Origin: a virus
Taxonomy: Duplodnaviria; Caudoviricetes
IMG/VR virus record: IMGVR_UViG_3300017949_000039
Location: 1-29,598 of that record
Strand: one strand, 5' to 3'
DNA: 29,598 nucleotides
Below the pieces are notes generated by a model that did not search any database, was not told the origin of the DNA, and saw only the letters and a program-made list of their open reading frames with translations. The position numbers and the translations under genes were made by a program. Below are positions 1 to 10,520 of the stretch, one piece after another. Position 1 is the stretch's first letter; every line of letters begins with the position of its first letter.

Positions 1-2397
1 GATAATACCTATAGATTTGAACCTAGAGTTACATTTAGTGAACCGCCGTTTGACACATCAATCCCTAACATGGGCCAAACGCTGAATTGGAAAGATATTG
101 CATACGGGGAAACAAAAGAAACTTATACAAGCCTACAGGGAACTGTTACCGGAGGAACATCAACACCGATCTCTGCAACATTTAGTGCAGTAAAAAATGG
201 AAGAACGTATGAAGTTACAATGACATTTGAAGGAGCATTGTACGAAGTAGGTCAGGTAATAACAATCTCTGGAGCGGATGTTGGCGGTGTTGACGGAGAG
301 CATGATATCGTTATAACAGTAACAGAGGTTAGTGAAGATAGTACAAATACAATCGCAGGATTTAGATATGAAGGCACAGCAACCAGCGGAAGATTTGTTG
401 CGGTGGCTTCTGGAACAGATAATTATTCCTACACAGAAGATGGAACGAACTGGACAACGGCAACACTTCCATCTGCCGGAAACTGGAACATGATTGCCGC
501 AGGTGGACATAAATTTGTTGCAATCAAGCAGTTAAGCACACAGGCAATACACTCAGAAGATGGAATTAACTGGAGTAATTCTACCCTTCCATATTCTAGA
601 AACTGGTCAGGAATAGTTTACGGAAAATCAAATTCAGGAAATGGTGATGGCGTATTCCTTACAATTGCAGCCAATCTTGATTCCGCAGCATACAGCACAG
701 ATGGCGGCGCAACATGGACTGCTACAACATTACCGGACATAGGAGATTCTACATTCAATCAGTGGATTGATGTTGCATACGGAAAAGGAAAATTTGTTGC
801 AGTTGCGAACAGTGGTAACTTTGCAGCAGTTGGAGAATATAACAGCAATACCGATACATGGACCTGGGAAGCACACATCATGGATGTTAGTGACGACTCA
901 TCTACCAGAGACTGGATCAGCGTTGCCTACGGTAATAATAGATGGGTAGCGGTATCCACAACAGGCGATGTTAGTTACAGTTTCAATGGAACAGATTGGT
1001 TAGCAGCAACAATGCCAACACAGGATGGATCAACTGCACACTATTGGAAAAAAATTAGATACGGACAGGGTGTTTTCTTTGCTATTGGTGACACGGGTTC
1101 GAGAGATGTTGGATCAGATCCAACACCTGGACAGTCAGCATTCTGTGCAACATCATACGATGGGGTATTATGGCAGGATAGATTATTGTCACAGGCATCT
1201 TATTGGGTAAGTTTAGGATTTGGTAATCCTGATATATCATTGGGCGACTCGACACAACAATCAAACAGCACACCGATGTTCATTACTGTTGCAGATAACT
1301 TTGATCATGCATGTAAGGTTGAAACTGGATGCCGAGCTCTTGGCAGAGCAATAGTCGAAAGTGGAAGCGTTCAGCATATTAGATTATGGGAAACAGGTAG
1401 CGGATATAAATCCAATCCAACTGTCACATTAACTGATCCTAATGTAACTGATCCTGCCTACGTTGAAATTAGACTAGGTGATGCAGCATTAGCACAACCA
1501 GGATGGATCAACAGAGGCTCTGGTTATAGAACCAGTACTACGCAGGTGACTATATTGGGTGACGGTTTTGCTGATGTGATTCCTGAAGGCAAGGATGTTG
1601 TTGTTAGCGGATTTAATGTACTTCCAGGACCTGGTACACAATTTAGATTTAGAGGCGACACTGTTAATTATTATACTGTCGCTACCTCAGCAATTGTAAG
1701 TAGAAATGTTGATGGAACCTATGTAGGCACATTTAGAATTAGTCCAGAATTGAAACTTGATGATTATCTAGAGCATACCTCGCAGGTAGAAATTAGAGAA
1801 AGATATTCTCAGGTTAGAATTAGTGGACACGACTTCCTAGATGTTGGAACGGGTAACTTTACAGAAACGAATTATCCTACAATATATTCAACCGGCGAAT
1901 TTAATTCTGCTCCAGAAAATGAAGTAGTTGAAGCCAACGGTGGTAGGGTATTCTACACAAGTACGGACCAAAGTGGTAACTTCCGTTGCGGTGAATTATT
2001 TGCTGTAGAACAGGCTACGGGTATTGTTACAATTAGTGCTGACTTCTTTGACCTAGGAGGTCTAACAGAACTTGCACTTGGCGGTGTAAGATTGGGTGGA
2101 TCAGGTACAGTTATTAGAGAGTTCTCAACTGACCCTGCATTTACTCAGGATAGTAATAATGTTATTCCTACGCAGAGGGCAATCAAAGCGTATTTACAAA
2201 ATAGATTAAACGTTGGTGGTTCTGATCTACTAACAGCAAGTTTCATTGCAGGAACGGTGAAAGTTGGTCCTAATTTAATGGACAATGTTGCTAGTTTAGA
2301 GATCAAAATACCGGTAAGAGCTGAATTTATTAAGGGTGGGCAAATCAGCGGAAGCATGTTAGCCCAAACAATGTTCTATGATTCGTTTAATGATTAG
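1..2397 (+). CDS. Large virion structural/fibre protein, C-terminal part (5' truncated); paralog of 2449..10149
   Basis: The frame is open from base 1 (DNTYRFEPRVTFSEPPF...), matching TTYTIEPRLTFTAPPF in the next gene, so Met at 70 is internal. It has BNR/Asp-box-like S/T-x-D-G-x-x-W repeats and shares the C-terminal domain RYSQVRxxGHDFLDxGTGNF...PTQRAIKAY with the next gene. Confidence 0.85.
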   Translation, partial: DNTYRFEPRVTFSEPPFDTSIPNMGQTLNWKDIAYGETKETYTSLQGTVTGGTSTPISATFSAVKNGRTYEVTMTFEGALYEVGQVITISGADVGGVDGEHDIVITVTEVSEDSTNTIAGFRYEGTATSGRFVAVASGTDNYSYTEDGTNWTTATLPSAGNWNMIAAGGHKFVAIKQLSTQAIHSEDGINWSNSTLPYSRNWSGIVYGKSNSGNGDGVFLTIAANLDSAAYSTDGGATWTATTLPDIGDSTFNQWIDVAYGKGKFVAVANSGNFAAVGEYNSNTDTWTWEAHIMDVSDDSSTRDWISVAYGNNRWVAVSTTGDVSYSFNGTDWLAATMPTQDGSTAHYWKKIRYGQGVFFAIGDTGSRDVGSDPTPGQSAFCATSYDGVLWQDRLLSQASYWVSLGFGNPDISLGDSTQQSNSTPMFITVADNFDHACKVETGCRALGRAIVESGSVQHIRLWETGSGYKSNPTVTLTDPNVTDPAYVEIRLGDAALAQPGWINRGSGYRTSTTQVTILGDGFADVIPEGKDVVVSGFNVLPGPGTQFRFRGDTVNYYTVATSAIVSRNVDGTYVGTFRISPELKLDDYLEHTSQVEIRERYSQVRISGHDFLDVGTGNFTETNYPTIYSTGEFNSAPENEVVEANGGRVFYTSTDQSGNFRCGELFAVEQATGIVTISADFFDLGGLTELALGGVRLGGSGTVIREFSTDPAFTQDSNNVIPTQRAIKAYLQNRLNVGGSDLLTASFIAGTVKVGPNLMDNVASLEIKIPVRAEFIKGGQISGSMLAQTMFYDSFND
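1801..1878 (+). repeat. Diverged repeat, copy 1 (paralogous C-terminal domain; copy 2 at 9580..9657)
   Basis: Manual alignment gives 67/78 identical nt, including an exact 19-nt match TTGGAACGGGTAACTTTAC (1844-1862 and 9623-9641). Confidence 0.85.
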
Positions 2398-2419
2398 GAG
2401 TGATGATGATCAACATGGA

Positions 2420-2425
2420 TAAATA
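2420..2425 (+). promoter_or_regulatory. T4-like late promoter core (TAAATA)
   Basis: GATAAATA in the short intergenic gap, 23 nt before ATG 2449. Confidence 0.6.
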
Positions 2426-2448
2426 CTACACAACAAACGGAAACGACA

Positions 2449-5400
2449 ATGGCAGAATTTAAATTAGGAAGAATCAGATTTGTATGGAAGGGTGATTGGA
2501 CTCCAACCACTCAATACTACGTTGACGACGTTATAAGATTTGGTGGCCGCACTTACATATGTGCAATTGGACACGTTTCAGACTCTGAGTTTTACACAGA
2601 TCTAAACTATAATCCAACTAAATGGAACCAAATGAGTGATGGCCAATCGTGGAAAGACGAGTGGGCAACAAGTACCGTTTACAAAATAAATGACATTGTC
2701 AAGTACGGCGGACTTTTATACATTGCCAACACTCCGCATACATCAAACTCTAGCGTTGGATCTGGAACACCAGGAACAGAAACTACTACTGGATTAGAAG
2801 CGGATCAAGCAAAATGGGATCTATTTGGCGAAGGGGTTGAATGGAAAAACAATTGGACCATTTCTACACGCTATAAGAAAAATGATATTGTTAGATATGG
2901 CGGTACTACCTACGTTGCAAATGTAGGACACACATCAGAAACTCTAGCATCAACTGGACTAGAAGGACAGAGCAGTTATTGGGATGTATGGAACCAAGGG
3001 TTTGAATACAAGGGTGACTGGACAGCTCTAACTAGATACAAAGTAAATGATGTTGTTAAGGAAGGTGCAAACTTATATGTTTGTACGGTACACCACACAG
3101 CAACATCAGTTTTTGGAAATGATCTTTCTTCATACTGGAGTGTGTTCGTAAAAGGATTTGAATACGAAAACACATGGAGTAATGTAACTGTTTACCAACC
3201 AGGCGACATTGTACGCTACGGCGGTAACCAATACATTGCTAGAACAATCCACGACGACACAACACCTACTGCCGTAGGTCAAACAGACTGGAGTTTATAT
3301 TCAGAGAACATGACATTCCAGTCAGACTGGGATGTTGCAACTTCATACAAGATTGGTGATGTTGTTAATTTAAACGGCTATACATACAGAGCAAAAATTG
3401 ATGCTCCTAATTTTTCTGATACTGTAACAGCAACCGACGCTGGAACAGATTATTTTACAGTTACAGATACATCATCTCTAGTTGTAGGATGGGCTGTTAA
3501 ATTTACAGGTTCAACTTTTGGAAATGTGGCATCAGGAAATCACTACTACATTAAACAGATAGTCAGTGCAACAGAATTTACAATCACAGAAACACCAGGT
3601 GGAGCAGTATTCACTCCTACGACTGCTTCAGGAACAATGACTGTTGATGCAGGATCATTACCTGGAAACGTGGTATATTGGGATAGATTAAACAGCGGTA
3701 TACTTTGGAGAGGTGAGTGGACTGACGACACAGAATACTTCTTAGGTGATTCTGTTAGATACGGATCTAATGCTTACATCTGTATTCAAAATCACAGAGC
3801 AGAAGGCGATGACGGATCATCTATCGGAGCAGAAGGTGGCGGTGCTGCCAATTCAAGACCAGATCAGGATACTTCAGGCACATACTGGAATGTATTATCC
3901 ATTGGTAGTGACGTTGATGTTCTTACAACCACAGGTGATTTAGTTTATTATTCGGGTGCTGGTCCAACAAGATTACCGGTTGGTATTGAAGGACAAGTTT
4001 TAACATCAAGCGGAACTATTCCACAGTGGACAACGCTAGGAAAAGTTGATCATGTATACTATGTTGCTCCAAACGGAACAGACTTACCTGCTCCAATTCA
4101 TGGTGCTACTTTGGATATGCCTTGGGCAACTATTAGATATGCCTGCGAGCAAATTGAAAAGGGTGCCTTAAATCCTAATGCTCAACACTTGCTTGAGATG
4201 AACAGAGTTTTCTTACAAAGAGAAGTTACTAGTTTCATTGAATACAACGTAATTAATAACATTTCTCCGTTTACAAGTGCATTTGATTATGACGAACACA
4301 AGTGTGAACGAGACGTTGGTTGGATCATTGATAGACTTATTTGGGATATTGGCCACGGCGGTAACCTAAAGATGAGAGCCGCAGCACAGACGTTTGTTGA
4401 TGCACTAGGTGACGGACCATACTCTGCAGAGTCAGAGGATGTTCCATACGCTAATCTTTCTGCAGAAAAAGACGAGAGTTTAGCAGCATATGGTCATCTA
4501 TTAACAATTATCGGAAATGTTTTAAATCAAACAGATCCAACAACTGCATACCAAACACCAGGCGGAGCAGACTCAACTGCTGTTGCATTACAGTATAAAG
4601 ATGCTGACCTTGTTGCCGAGACAGGAGTCTATGCAAGTGTTACTTCATTGTTAGCAATTGTAACTGATACAATTTCAGCAGGTGATAACAGCGCCATTCC
4701 AGAAAGAGTTGTTCCTAACAACATCGTTAACGTCAAAGCAGGTGAGTACAAAGAAGTATTACCGATCATCGTTCCTGCGGAAACTTGTATCCTAGGTGAC
4801 GAATTAAGAACTACCAAGGTAAGAGCAGCGTCTGCAACAGACAGACCACTTGACATATCGGACTCTTATTATTCAATTCAAACACTTGCTCACTTTAGCA
4901 GTGTTGCAAGAGACATCGTAAGCGGAACTTCTGTAACTCCAACAACTGGAAATACAGCAACTCAAGATGTATCGTGGCCATTGGCTGACGATGCGGTGAC
5001 AGGCGTCCAAGTAAGCAAGTTGGTTGATGTAATGAAACATCAGGTAGATTACAGACTTGGTACTAAGCACACTGCTACATACACAGATCCAACTGGTTAT
5101 AACTCATCATATCTAGTAACTTTTGGAAATGCAAGACACTTAATTCAAGAAAATAAAAAATTCTTGCAGGAAGAAATAATTGCCTGGTTTGCTGAAAACT
5201 ATCCTAATCTAAAATTTGGTAAAACAGATACCAGAGAGGACGTGGGACACATTGTTGACGCATTGGTTTATGACTTAACCTACGGTGGTTACTATCAAAC
5301 CCTAAATGCTGCTAAGGCATATTGGGACGGTGAAGGAAATTCATCACTGATTCCAGACAGCATCAAGGGAGAAACATTAGAATCTCATGCATTCTTGAGA

Positions 5401-8400
5401 ACTCTATTAATTGATATTGTAAACAATACTGCAATTACGAAAAAGAATACAACAATCAATCAATATAGAAATAGTAATGTAGCAAATTCAACAGCAAGAG
5501 ATTTTGTAACAGGACATTTGGACATAATCACAAACGCAGTCGGAGGAGACTCAACTGGAGCCGATTTACCAAATTCTACAATTACAACAATTTCTTCAAA
5601 TACAATTACAACTCTAACTGATCACGGTTTACAAGTCGGAGATATTTTCATTCCTTTAGAAACTTCAAACGGAATGACAAAAGACTTAACATATTGGGTT
5701 GAATCAATACCTGCTTCGAACCAATTAACAATTAGCACAACTTATGGCGGAAGTGCTGCTACTTTATCAAACGGTTCAGGACTAACTATTCCTGCACACA
5801 AAGTTGACATGCCAGCAGCAACGGACTCCGTAAGTAGTACAACGGCATTGATCACCGCTGCAGAGACCTTAGATGCGCAGCAAGAGGCCCTTGTAACGCT
5901 AGTTACTAACTATATTTCTACAACATATCCTACTTTAACATACAACGTTGCCAAGTGTGAAAGAGATACTAGATTAATTTTGGAAGCAGTAATGTTTGAC
6001 TTCCAGTTAAATTCTAACTTTGCAACACTTATTGCTGGAAACTCATATCTAAGATCAAGCGCGAGTGATGTGTTTGACCTAAACCAAAAAGCAGCAACTA
6101 GAGCATCATTCCAGTATTTGGCAAGTGTTATTGCAGGCGACACAGCAACATACTTGAACAGCGATGCTACGGCAGCATCAAGAGTTGCAACACTCATGGA
6201 TATGCTAGACACAGTATTTTATGGTGCATCAAACGAGGGTGCTGTTTGTGCAACTGATTCTAGAATGGCATACTATGCTAAACTTAAATTAGAACAAAAC
6301 AGAGCATTCTTGAAAGCAGAAGTTAGTGCTTACATTGATGATCAATTTACAGACACAGTAACTAATACATCAATTTCTGGAAACACAATTACAATTAGTG
6401 ATACAAGTTGGTTAAAAAGAAATACAGCAGTTAGATTTTCAGGAACGGTGTTCGGTGGTATAAGTGCAGATACAACTTATTATGTTCAAGATGTTGTTAA
6501 TACAACAACATTTACAATTGCCACAACAAGATATGCAACAACATCATTAACGCTTTCAACTGCTTCAGGTAGCATGACAGTTGCTATGTACTACAACGAA
6601 GCATTATGCCTAAGAGATGTTGACACATACATTGATGCAATTAAATGGGACCTTGAATGGGTATCTAACTACAAATCAAGATACGTTGCAAGATACTACG
6701 TTAACGCAGCACTAGGAAGCCATGAAGAAGACTTCTATTATGTAAGAAATGGTTGTGGTATTAGAAATCAAACACTTAATGGATTGAATGGTGACTTGTT
6801 ACCAGAAAACTCATACGGAACTTCGAGAGTTTCTGCAGGTGCTTATGTGTCACTAGATCCAGGTTGGGGTCCAGACGATTTCCGTACTTGGATTATTGCA
6901 CGTTCGCCATACACTCAAAACTGTACAACATTTGGTTACGGTGCAATTGGTCAAAAGATTGACGGTAACCTACATAACGGCGGTAATGACTCAATGGTGT
7001 CAAACGACTTTACACAGGTTATTAGTGACGGTATCGGTGCATGGGTAGAAAATAATGGTAGAGCAGAACTTGTGTCTGTGTTTACATATTACTCACACGT
7101 TGGTTACCTAGCAACCAATGGTGGTAGAATTAGAGGAACTAACGGTAACAACTCATACGGTGACTTTGGTTCAGTTGCAGAAGGATTCGATACAACTGAA
7201 ATTGAAGGAACTGCAATTGTTGATAACAAATTCCAATACGAAGCAACTGTTGGTTCGGTGATTACTGATGGCGCAAACCAAGTTTTACTTTTTGAATATG
7301 GAAATGCTGGCGAACAGTACACTGAAACAACGTTTGGTATATTTGGAGCAGGAGCCAATGCTTCCGTGGAAGTTGATAAAGAACTTAGAGACGGAGCAGT
7401 TCATAACGTAAGACTATTAGACAATGTTGACGATTCGACAACAGCACCTGAAGCAGAAGGAAACTTTGGTGGATTTGGTTACATAAGTAATTCTAATACC
7501 GCGCAGGGTGGTACAACAACACAAATTACCATTGCTGCTACTGATTCTGAAACTTCGACAGCATACGTTGGTATGAGAATTTATCTAACAGGTGGTACTG
7601 GTGTTGGACAATTTGGTAATATTGCTACTTACAACTCAGGAACAAAAGTTGCAACAGTAACAAAAGAATCAGATGGCTCAGCAGGATTTGATCACATACT
7701 TCCTGGAACAACTATCGCTGCACCAGATGCTTCTACAACTTATACTATTGAACCAAGACTGACGTTTACAGCACCTCCGTTTACAACGACTGCTAAAACG
7801 TTGGCTACTTCGACAACTTGGGCAGATATTGCTTACAGCAATGTTTACGAAAGTTTTGAAAACACTAGTGCTGATTCAACTTCTGGGTCTGGAACAGGCG
7901 CAGTATTTGATATTACCAAGAAAGGATCGAAGTATCTAGTAAGATTAGATAGTGGCGGAACAGGTTATGCAATTAACGATACTTTAACATTTAATGGTAC
8001 TTCGTTAAACGGTACATCAACAAATAATTTAGTATTAACTGTTACTAGTGTAAACTCAGTTACGGGTGCTATTACAGCATTTGATAAAGAAGGATTTGGA
8101 TCAGGCGGAAACTTTGTTGCACTTCCAAGTGCCAGCGGAAATACTGTAAACTACAGTAAAGATGGCACAACATGGTCAGCGGTAACAACTTTACCTGTTT
8201 CAACTACTTGGACATCGATTGCAGGTGGTAGAATTGCAACGGAAGAACTTGCAGGAACATTTATAACTGGTAGATCCTACACAATTACAGAATCAGGTGA
8301 CACACCTTGGTTAACTATTGGATCAAGTTCGATTGTTGCAGGAACAACATTTGTTGCAACAGGTCCTGGAACATTTACATCCACAGTAGGTAAGGCAACT

Positions 8401-10149
8401 CCAAACGCAGCAAGAATTATTGCAATTGCGGGCGGAGTAGGAATTGACGATACTGCATACTCAGAAGACGGTGGCGCAACATGGACTGCTGGTGGTAATT
8501 TACCTAGCACAGGCGACTGGGTTGATGTTGCATACGGCGACAGTAAATGGGTAGCAATCAAGACAGGAAGCAATGCAACTGCTGTTACCACAAATGGTGG
8601 TGCAACATGGACTGCTGGCGGAAACTTGCCTGCTTCTACAACTTGGGAAAGCGTTGCTTACGGTGGCGGCTATTGGGTAGCAATTGCAAGCGGCGGATCA
8701 AACGTTGCATATTCACTAGATAATGGCACAACATGGTCAGCGGGAACAGGCCTTTCAAGTTCAAATTGGAAATCTGTAACATACGGTAACAATAGATTCG
8801 TTGCAGTTTCAAACACTTCAGGAACCAAGGCAGCAATTTCATTAGACAAGGGTGTTAACTGGACTGAAACAACACTTCCAGCAACTAAGACTTGGAGCCA
8901 CGTTGAATATGGACAGGGTGTATTCCTTGCAGTAAATGACACTGACAACACTGGTGCTACATCACCGGATGGTCTTACATGGACTTCTAGAACACTAAGC
9001 ACAAGTGCTAACGGATTTATAGCAACTGCGTTTGGTAATCCTGATCAAACTGGTAAGTTTATTTCAATTGATGATACATCAGGAACTGTAGCAAGTGAAA
9101 CAAGCGCAGGAGCAACAACAGTTGCGAGAGCATTTGTTGCAGAAAACAAAATCTTTGCTATCAGAATACATGAACCAGGTTCAGGTTATACAACTGCACC
9201 GTCATTAACTATTACGGATCCTAATAACACATACGAAGCACCAACAAGTGTTAGATTAGCAAACGGAGTATTAGGTAATCCTTCCTTTAGAAATAGAGGA
9301 ACAGGTTATATATCAGCAAGTGCAGATATTGACACAGGCGATGGATACGCAGACTTCTATCAAAGTGGTTCATTCATTGCTGTTAGAAGATTATCTAAGG
9401 TTCCAGCAGTCGGTTCAAACGTGGTGTTTGCTCACTTACCAAACAGAGTGTTTAAACTCGTGCAGGTATTAACACTGCTCGGAGCGTATGATGGTTCGTA
9501 CACTGCATTCTTACAAATATCACCTGACATGAGTGTGTTTGATTCGCCAGAACACGGCACAGCAATAACAACAAGAATTAGATACTCTCAGGTTAGATTG
9601 ACAGGACACGATTTCCTAGATATTGGAACGGGTAACTTTACGGAAACTAACTATCCAGGAATACCAACACAAAGTCCTGTACAGGCTAATGAGACTGTTG
9701 ATAGTGGCGGCGGTAGAGTGTTCTTTACATCAACTGACCAAGACGGTAACTTTAGGGTTGGCGATTTGTTTAGTATTGAACAGTCAACTGGTGTTGCAAC
9801 GTTGAACGCTGATGCATTCAATATTTCAGGACTACAGGAACTTACATTGGGTGAAGTTACATTAGGTGGCGGATCTGCAAGTATTACTGAATTTAGTACT
9901 GATCCATTCTTTACTGAAAATAGTGATAGTATTGTTCCAACACAAAGAGCAATTAAAGCATATATTAGCTCACAAATTGGTGGTGGTGGTGCATCGTTGA
10001 ACGTTAACAGCGTGACAGCGGGCTTTATCTACATCGCAAATAACGAAATTACTACCACAACTGGTGGTATAATTGAAATGAAGGGTAAATTCAACTTCCA
10101 GGGTGGCGTTGTTGGTATGCCTTTAGCGTTTAATTACTTTTTGACATAA
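2449..10149 (+). CDS. Giant (2566 aa) multidomain virion structural/tail fibre-like protein
   Basis: N-terminal WxxxxxYxxxDxVxYGG repeats (CBM5/12-like), a pectin-lyase-like beta-helix scaffold (YYVAPNGTD...VKAGEYKE...SPYTQNCTTFG), four helical CxRD-type repeats, three small beta insert domains, Asp-box propeller repeats and the shared C-terminal domain. Confidence 0.85.
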   Translation: MAEFKLGRIRFVWKGDWTPTTQYYVDDVIRFGGRTYICAIGHVSDSEFYTDLNYNPTKWNQMSDGQSWKDEWATSTVYKINDIVKYGGLLYIANTPHTSNSSVGSGTPGTETTTGLEADQAKWDLFGEGVEWKNNWTISTRYKKNDIVRYGGTTYVANVGHTSETLASTGLEGQSSYWDVWNQGFEYKGDWTALTRYKVNDVVKEGANLYVCTVHHTATSVFGNDLSSYWSVFVKGFEYENTWSNVTVYQPGDIVRYGGNQYIARTIHDDTTPTAVGQTDWSLYSENMTFQSDWDVATSYKIGDVVNLNGYTYRAKIDAPNFSDTVTATDAGTDYFTVTDTSSLVVGWAVKFTGSTFGNVASGNHYYIKQIVSATEFTITETPGGAVFTPTTASGTMTVDAGSLPGNVVYWDRLNSGILWRGEWTDDTEYFLGDSVRYGSNAYICIQNHRAEGDDGSSIGAEGGGAANSRPDQDTSGTYWNVLSIGSDVDVLTTTGDLVYYSGAGPTRLPVGIEGQVLTSSGTIPQWTTLGKVDHVYYVAPNGTDLPAPIHGATLDMPWATIRYACEQIEKGALNPNAQHLLEMNRVFLQREVTSFIEYNVINNISPFTSAFDYDEHKCERDVGWIIDRLIWDIGHGGNLKMRAAAQTFVDALGDGPYSAESEDVPYANLSAEKDESLAAYGHLLTIIGNVLNQTDPTTAYQTPGGADSTAVALQYKDADLVAETGVYASVTSLLAIVTDTISAGDNSAIPERVVPNNIVNVKAGEYKEVLPIIVPAETCILGDELRTTKVRAASATDRPLDISDSYYSIQTLAHFSSVARDIVSGTSVTPTTGNTATQDVSWPLADDAVTGVQVSKLVDVMKHQVDYRLGTKHTATYTDPTGYNSSYLVTFGNARHLIQENKKFLQEEIIAWFAENYPNLKFGKTDTREDVGHIVDALVYDLTYGGYYQTLNAAKAYWDGEGNSSLIPDSIKGETLESHAFLRTLLIDIVNNTAITKKNTTINQYRNSNVANSTARDFVTGHLDIITNAVGGDSTGADLPNSTITTISSNTITTLTDHGLQVGDIFIPLETSNGMTKDLTYWVESIPASNQLTISTTYGGSAATLSNGSGLTIPAHKVDMPAATDSVSSTTALITAAETLDAQQEALVTLVTNYISTTYPTLTYNVAKCERDTRLILEAVMFDFQLNSNFATLIAGNSYLRSSASDVFDLNQKAATRASFQYLASVIAGDTATYLNSDATAASRVATLMDMLDTVFYGASNEGAVCATDSRMAYYAKLKLEQNRAFLKAEVSAYIDDQFTDTVTNTSISGNTITISDTSWLKRNTAVRFSGTVFGGISADTTYYVQDVVNTTTFTIATTRYATTSLTLSTASGSMTVAMYYNEALCLRDVDTYIDAIKWDLEWVSNYKSRYVARYYVNAALGSHEEDFYYVRNGCGIRNQTLNGLNGDLLPENSYGTSRVSAGAYVSLDPGWGPDDFRTWIIARSPYTQNCTTFGYGAIGQKIDGNLHNGGNDSMVSNDFTQVISDGIGAWVENNGRAELVSVFTYYSHVGYLATNGGRIRGTNGNNSYGDFGSVAEGFDTTEIEGTAIVDNKFQYEATVGSVITDGANQVLLFEYGNAGEQYTETTFGIFGAGANASVEVDKELRDGAVHNVRLLDNVDDSTTAPEAEGNFGGFGYISNSNTAQGGTTTQITIAATDSETSTAYVGMRIYLTGGTGVGQFGNIATYNSGTKVATVTKESDGSAGFDHILPGTTIAAPDASTTYTIEPRLTFTAPPFTTTAKTLATSTTWADIAYSNVYESFENTSADSTSGSGTGAVFDITKKGSKYLVRLDSGGTGYAINDTLTFNGTSLNGTSTNNLVLTVTSVNSVTGAITAFDKEGFGSGGNFVALPSASGNTVNYSKDGTTWSAVTTLPVSTTWTSIAGGRIATEELAGTFITGRSYTITESGDTPWLTIGSSSIVAGTTFVATGPGTFTSTVGKATPNAARIIAIAGGVGIDDTAYSEDGGATWTAGGNLPSTGDWVDVAYGDSKWVAIKTGSNATAVTTNGGATWTAGGNLPASTTWESVAYGGGYWVAIASGGSNVAYSLDNGTTWSAGTGLSSSNWKSVTYGNNRFVAVSNTSGTKAAISLDKGVNWTETTLPATKTWSHVEYGQGVFLAVNDTDNTGATSPDGLTWTSRTLSTSANGFIATAFGNPDQTGKFISIDDTSGTVASETSAGATTVARAFVAENKIFAIRIHEPGSGYTTAPSLTITDPNNTYEAPTSVRLANGVLGNPSFRNRGTGYISASADIDTGDGYADFYQSGSFIAVRRLSKVPAVGSNVVFAHLPNRVFKLVQVLTLLGAYDGSYTAFLQISPDMSVFDSPEHGTAITTRIRYSQVRLTGHDFLDIGTGNFTETNYPGIPTQSPVQANETVDSGGGRVFFTSTDQDGNFRVGDLFSIEQSTGVATLNADAFNISGLQELTLGEVTLGGGSASITEFSTDPFFTENSDSIVPTQRAIKAYISSQIGGGGASLNVNSVTAGFIYIANNEITTTTGGIIEMKGKFNFQGGVVGMPLAFNYFLT
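9580..9657 (+). repeat. Diverged repeat, copy 2 (copy 1 at 1801..1878)
   Basis: Same alignment as copy 1; most mismatches are at third codon positions. Confidence 0.85.
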
Positions 10150-10152
10150 ATA
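10147..10152 (+). promoter_or_regulatory. Late promoter core TAAATA overlapping the upstream stop codon
   Basis: CATAAATA followed by a GGAG Shine-Dalgarno and ATG 10171. Confidence 0.55.
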
Positions 10153-10170
10153 ACTATGGAGAACAAATAA

Positions 10171-10500
10171 ATGGCAACAGGAAGATTAGGAACACAGGAT
10201 CTGGCAGCAACGACTTATACTGCGTTGTATACTGCTCCAGCAGACACTTTTTCAGTAGTGAGTGTCAACCTGCTCAATAGAGGATCAACAGCAGTAACTT
10301 GCAGAATTGCAATTACCACTACAACTCCTCCTTCAGCACCGAGTAACGCCGAATTCATTGAATACGATGTGTCACTTTCAGGAAAAGGTGTTTTAGAAAG
10401 AACGGGTATTGTTTTGGATGCAGGTAAAATTATTAGTGTTTATGCTAGTAACACTGGAATTTCAGCAGTGTGTATGGGCATTGAAACATCTACAGCATAA
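10171..10500 (+). CDS. Small beta-rich putative virion protein (109 aa)
   Basis: GGAG SD, Thr/Ser-rich beta-strand pattern (VVSVNLLNRG...VLERTGIVL), located within the structural cluster. Confidence 0.75.
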   Translation: MATGRLGTQDLAATTYTALYTAPADTFSVVSVNLLNRGSTAVTCRIAITTTTPPSAPSNAEFIEYDVSLSGKGVLERTGIVLDAGKIISVYASNTGISAVCMGIETSTA

Positions 10501-10520
10501 TGATATTAGGAAAGTAAAAA

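Noticed and set aside
2400-2410. TGA/GAT trinucleotide run as a phase-variation tract
   Set aside because: Only about three units and intergenic; expected by chance.
1801-9657. Repeat pair as a DGR template/variable region
   Set aside because: Mismatches are mostly synonymous third-position changes rather than adenine-specific, both copies are coding, and no reverse transcriptase is present in the window.
10156-10170. Mini-ORF MENK* directly before ATG 10171
   Set aside because: Most simply a by-product of the ATGGAG Shine-Dalgarno context; too short to support.
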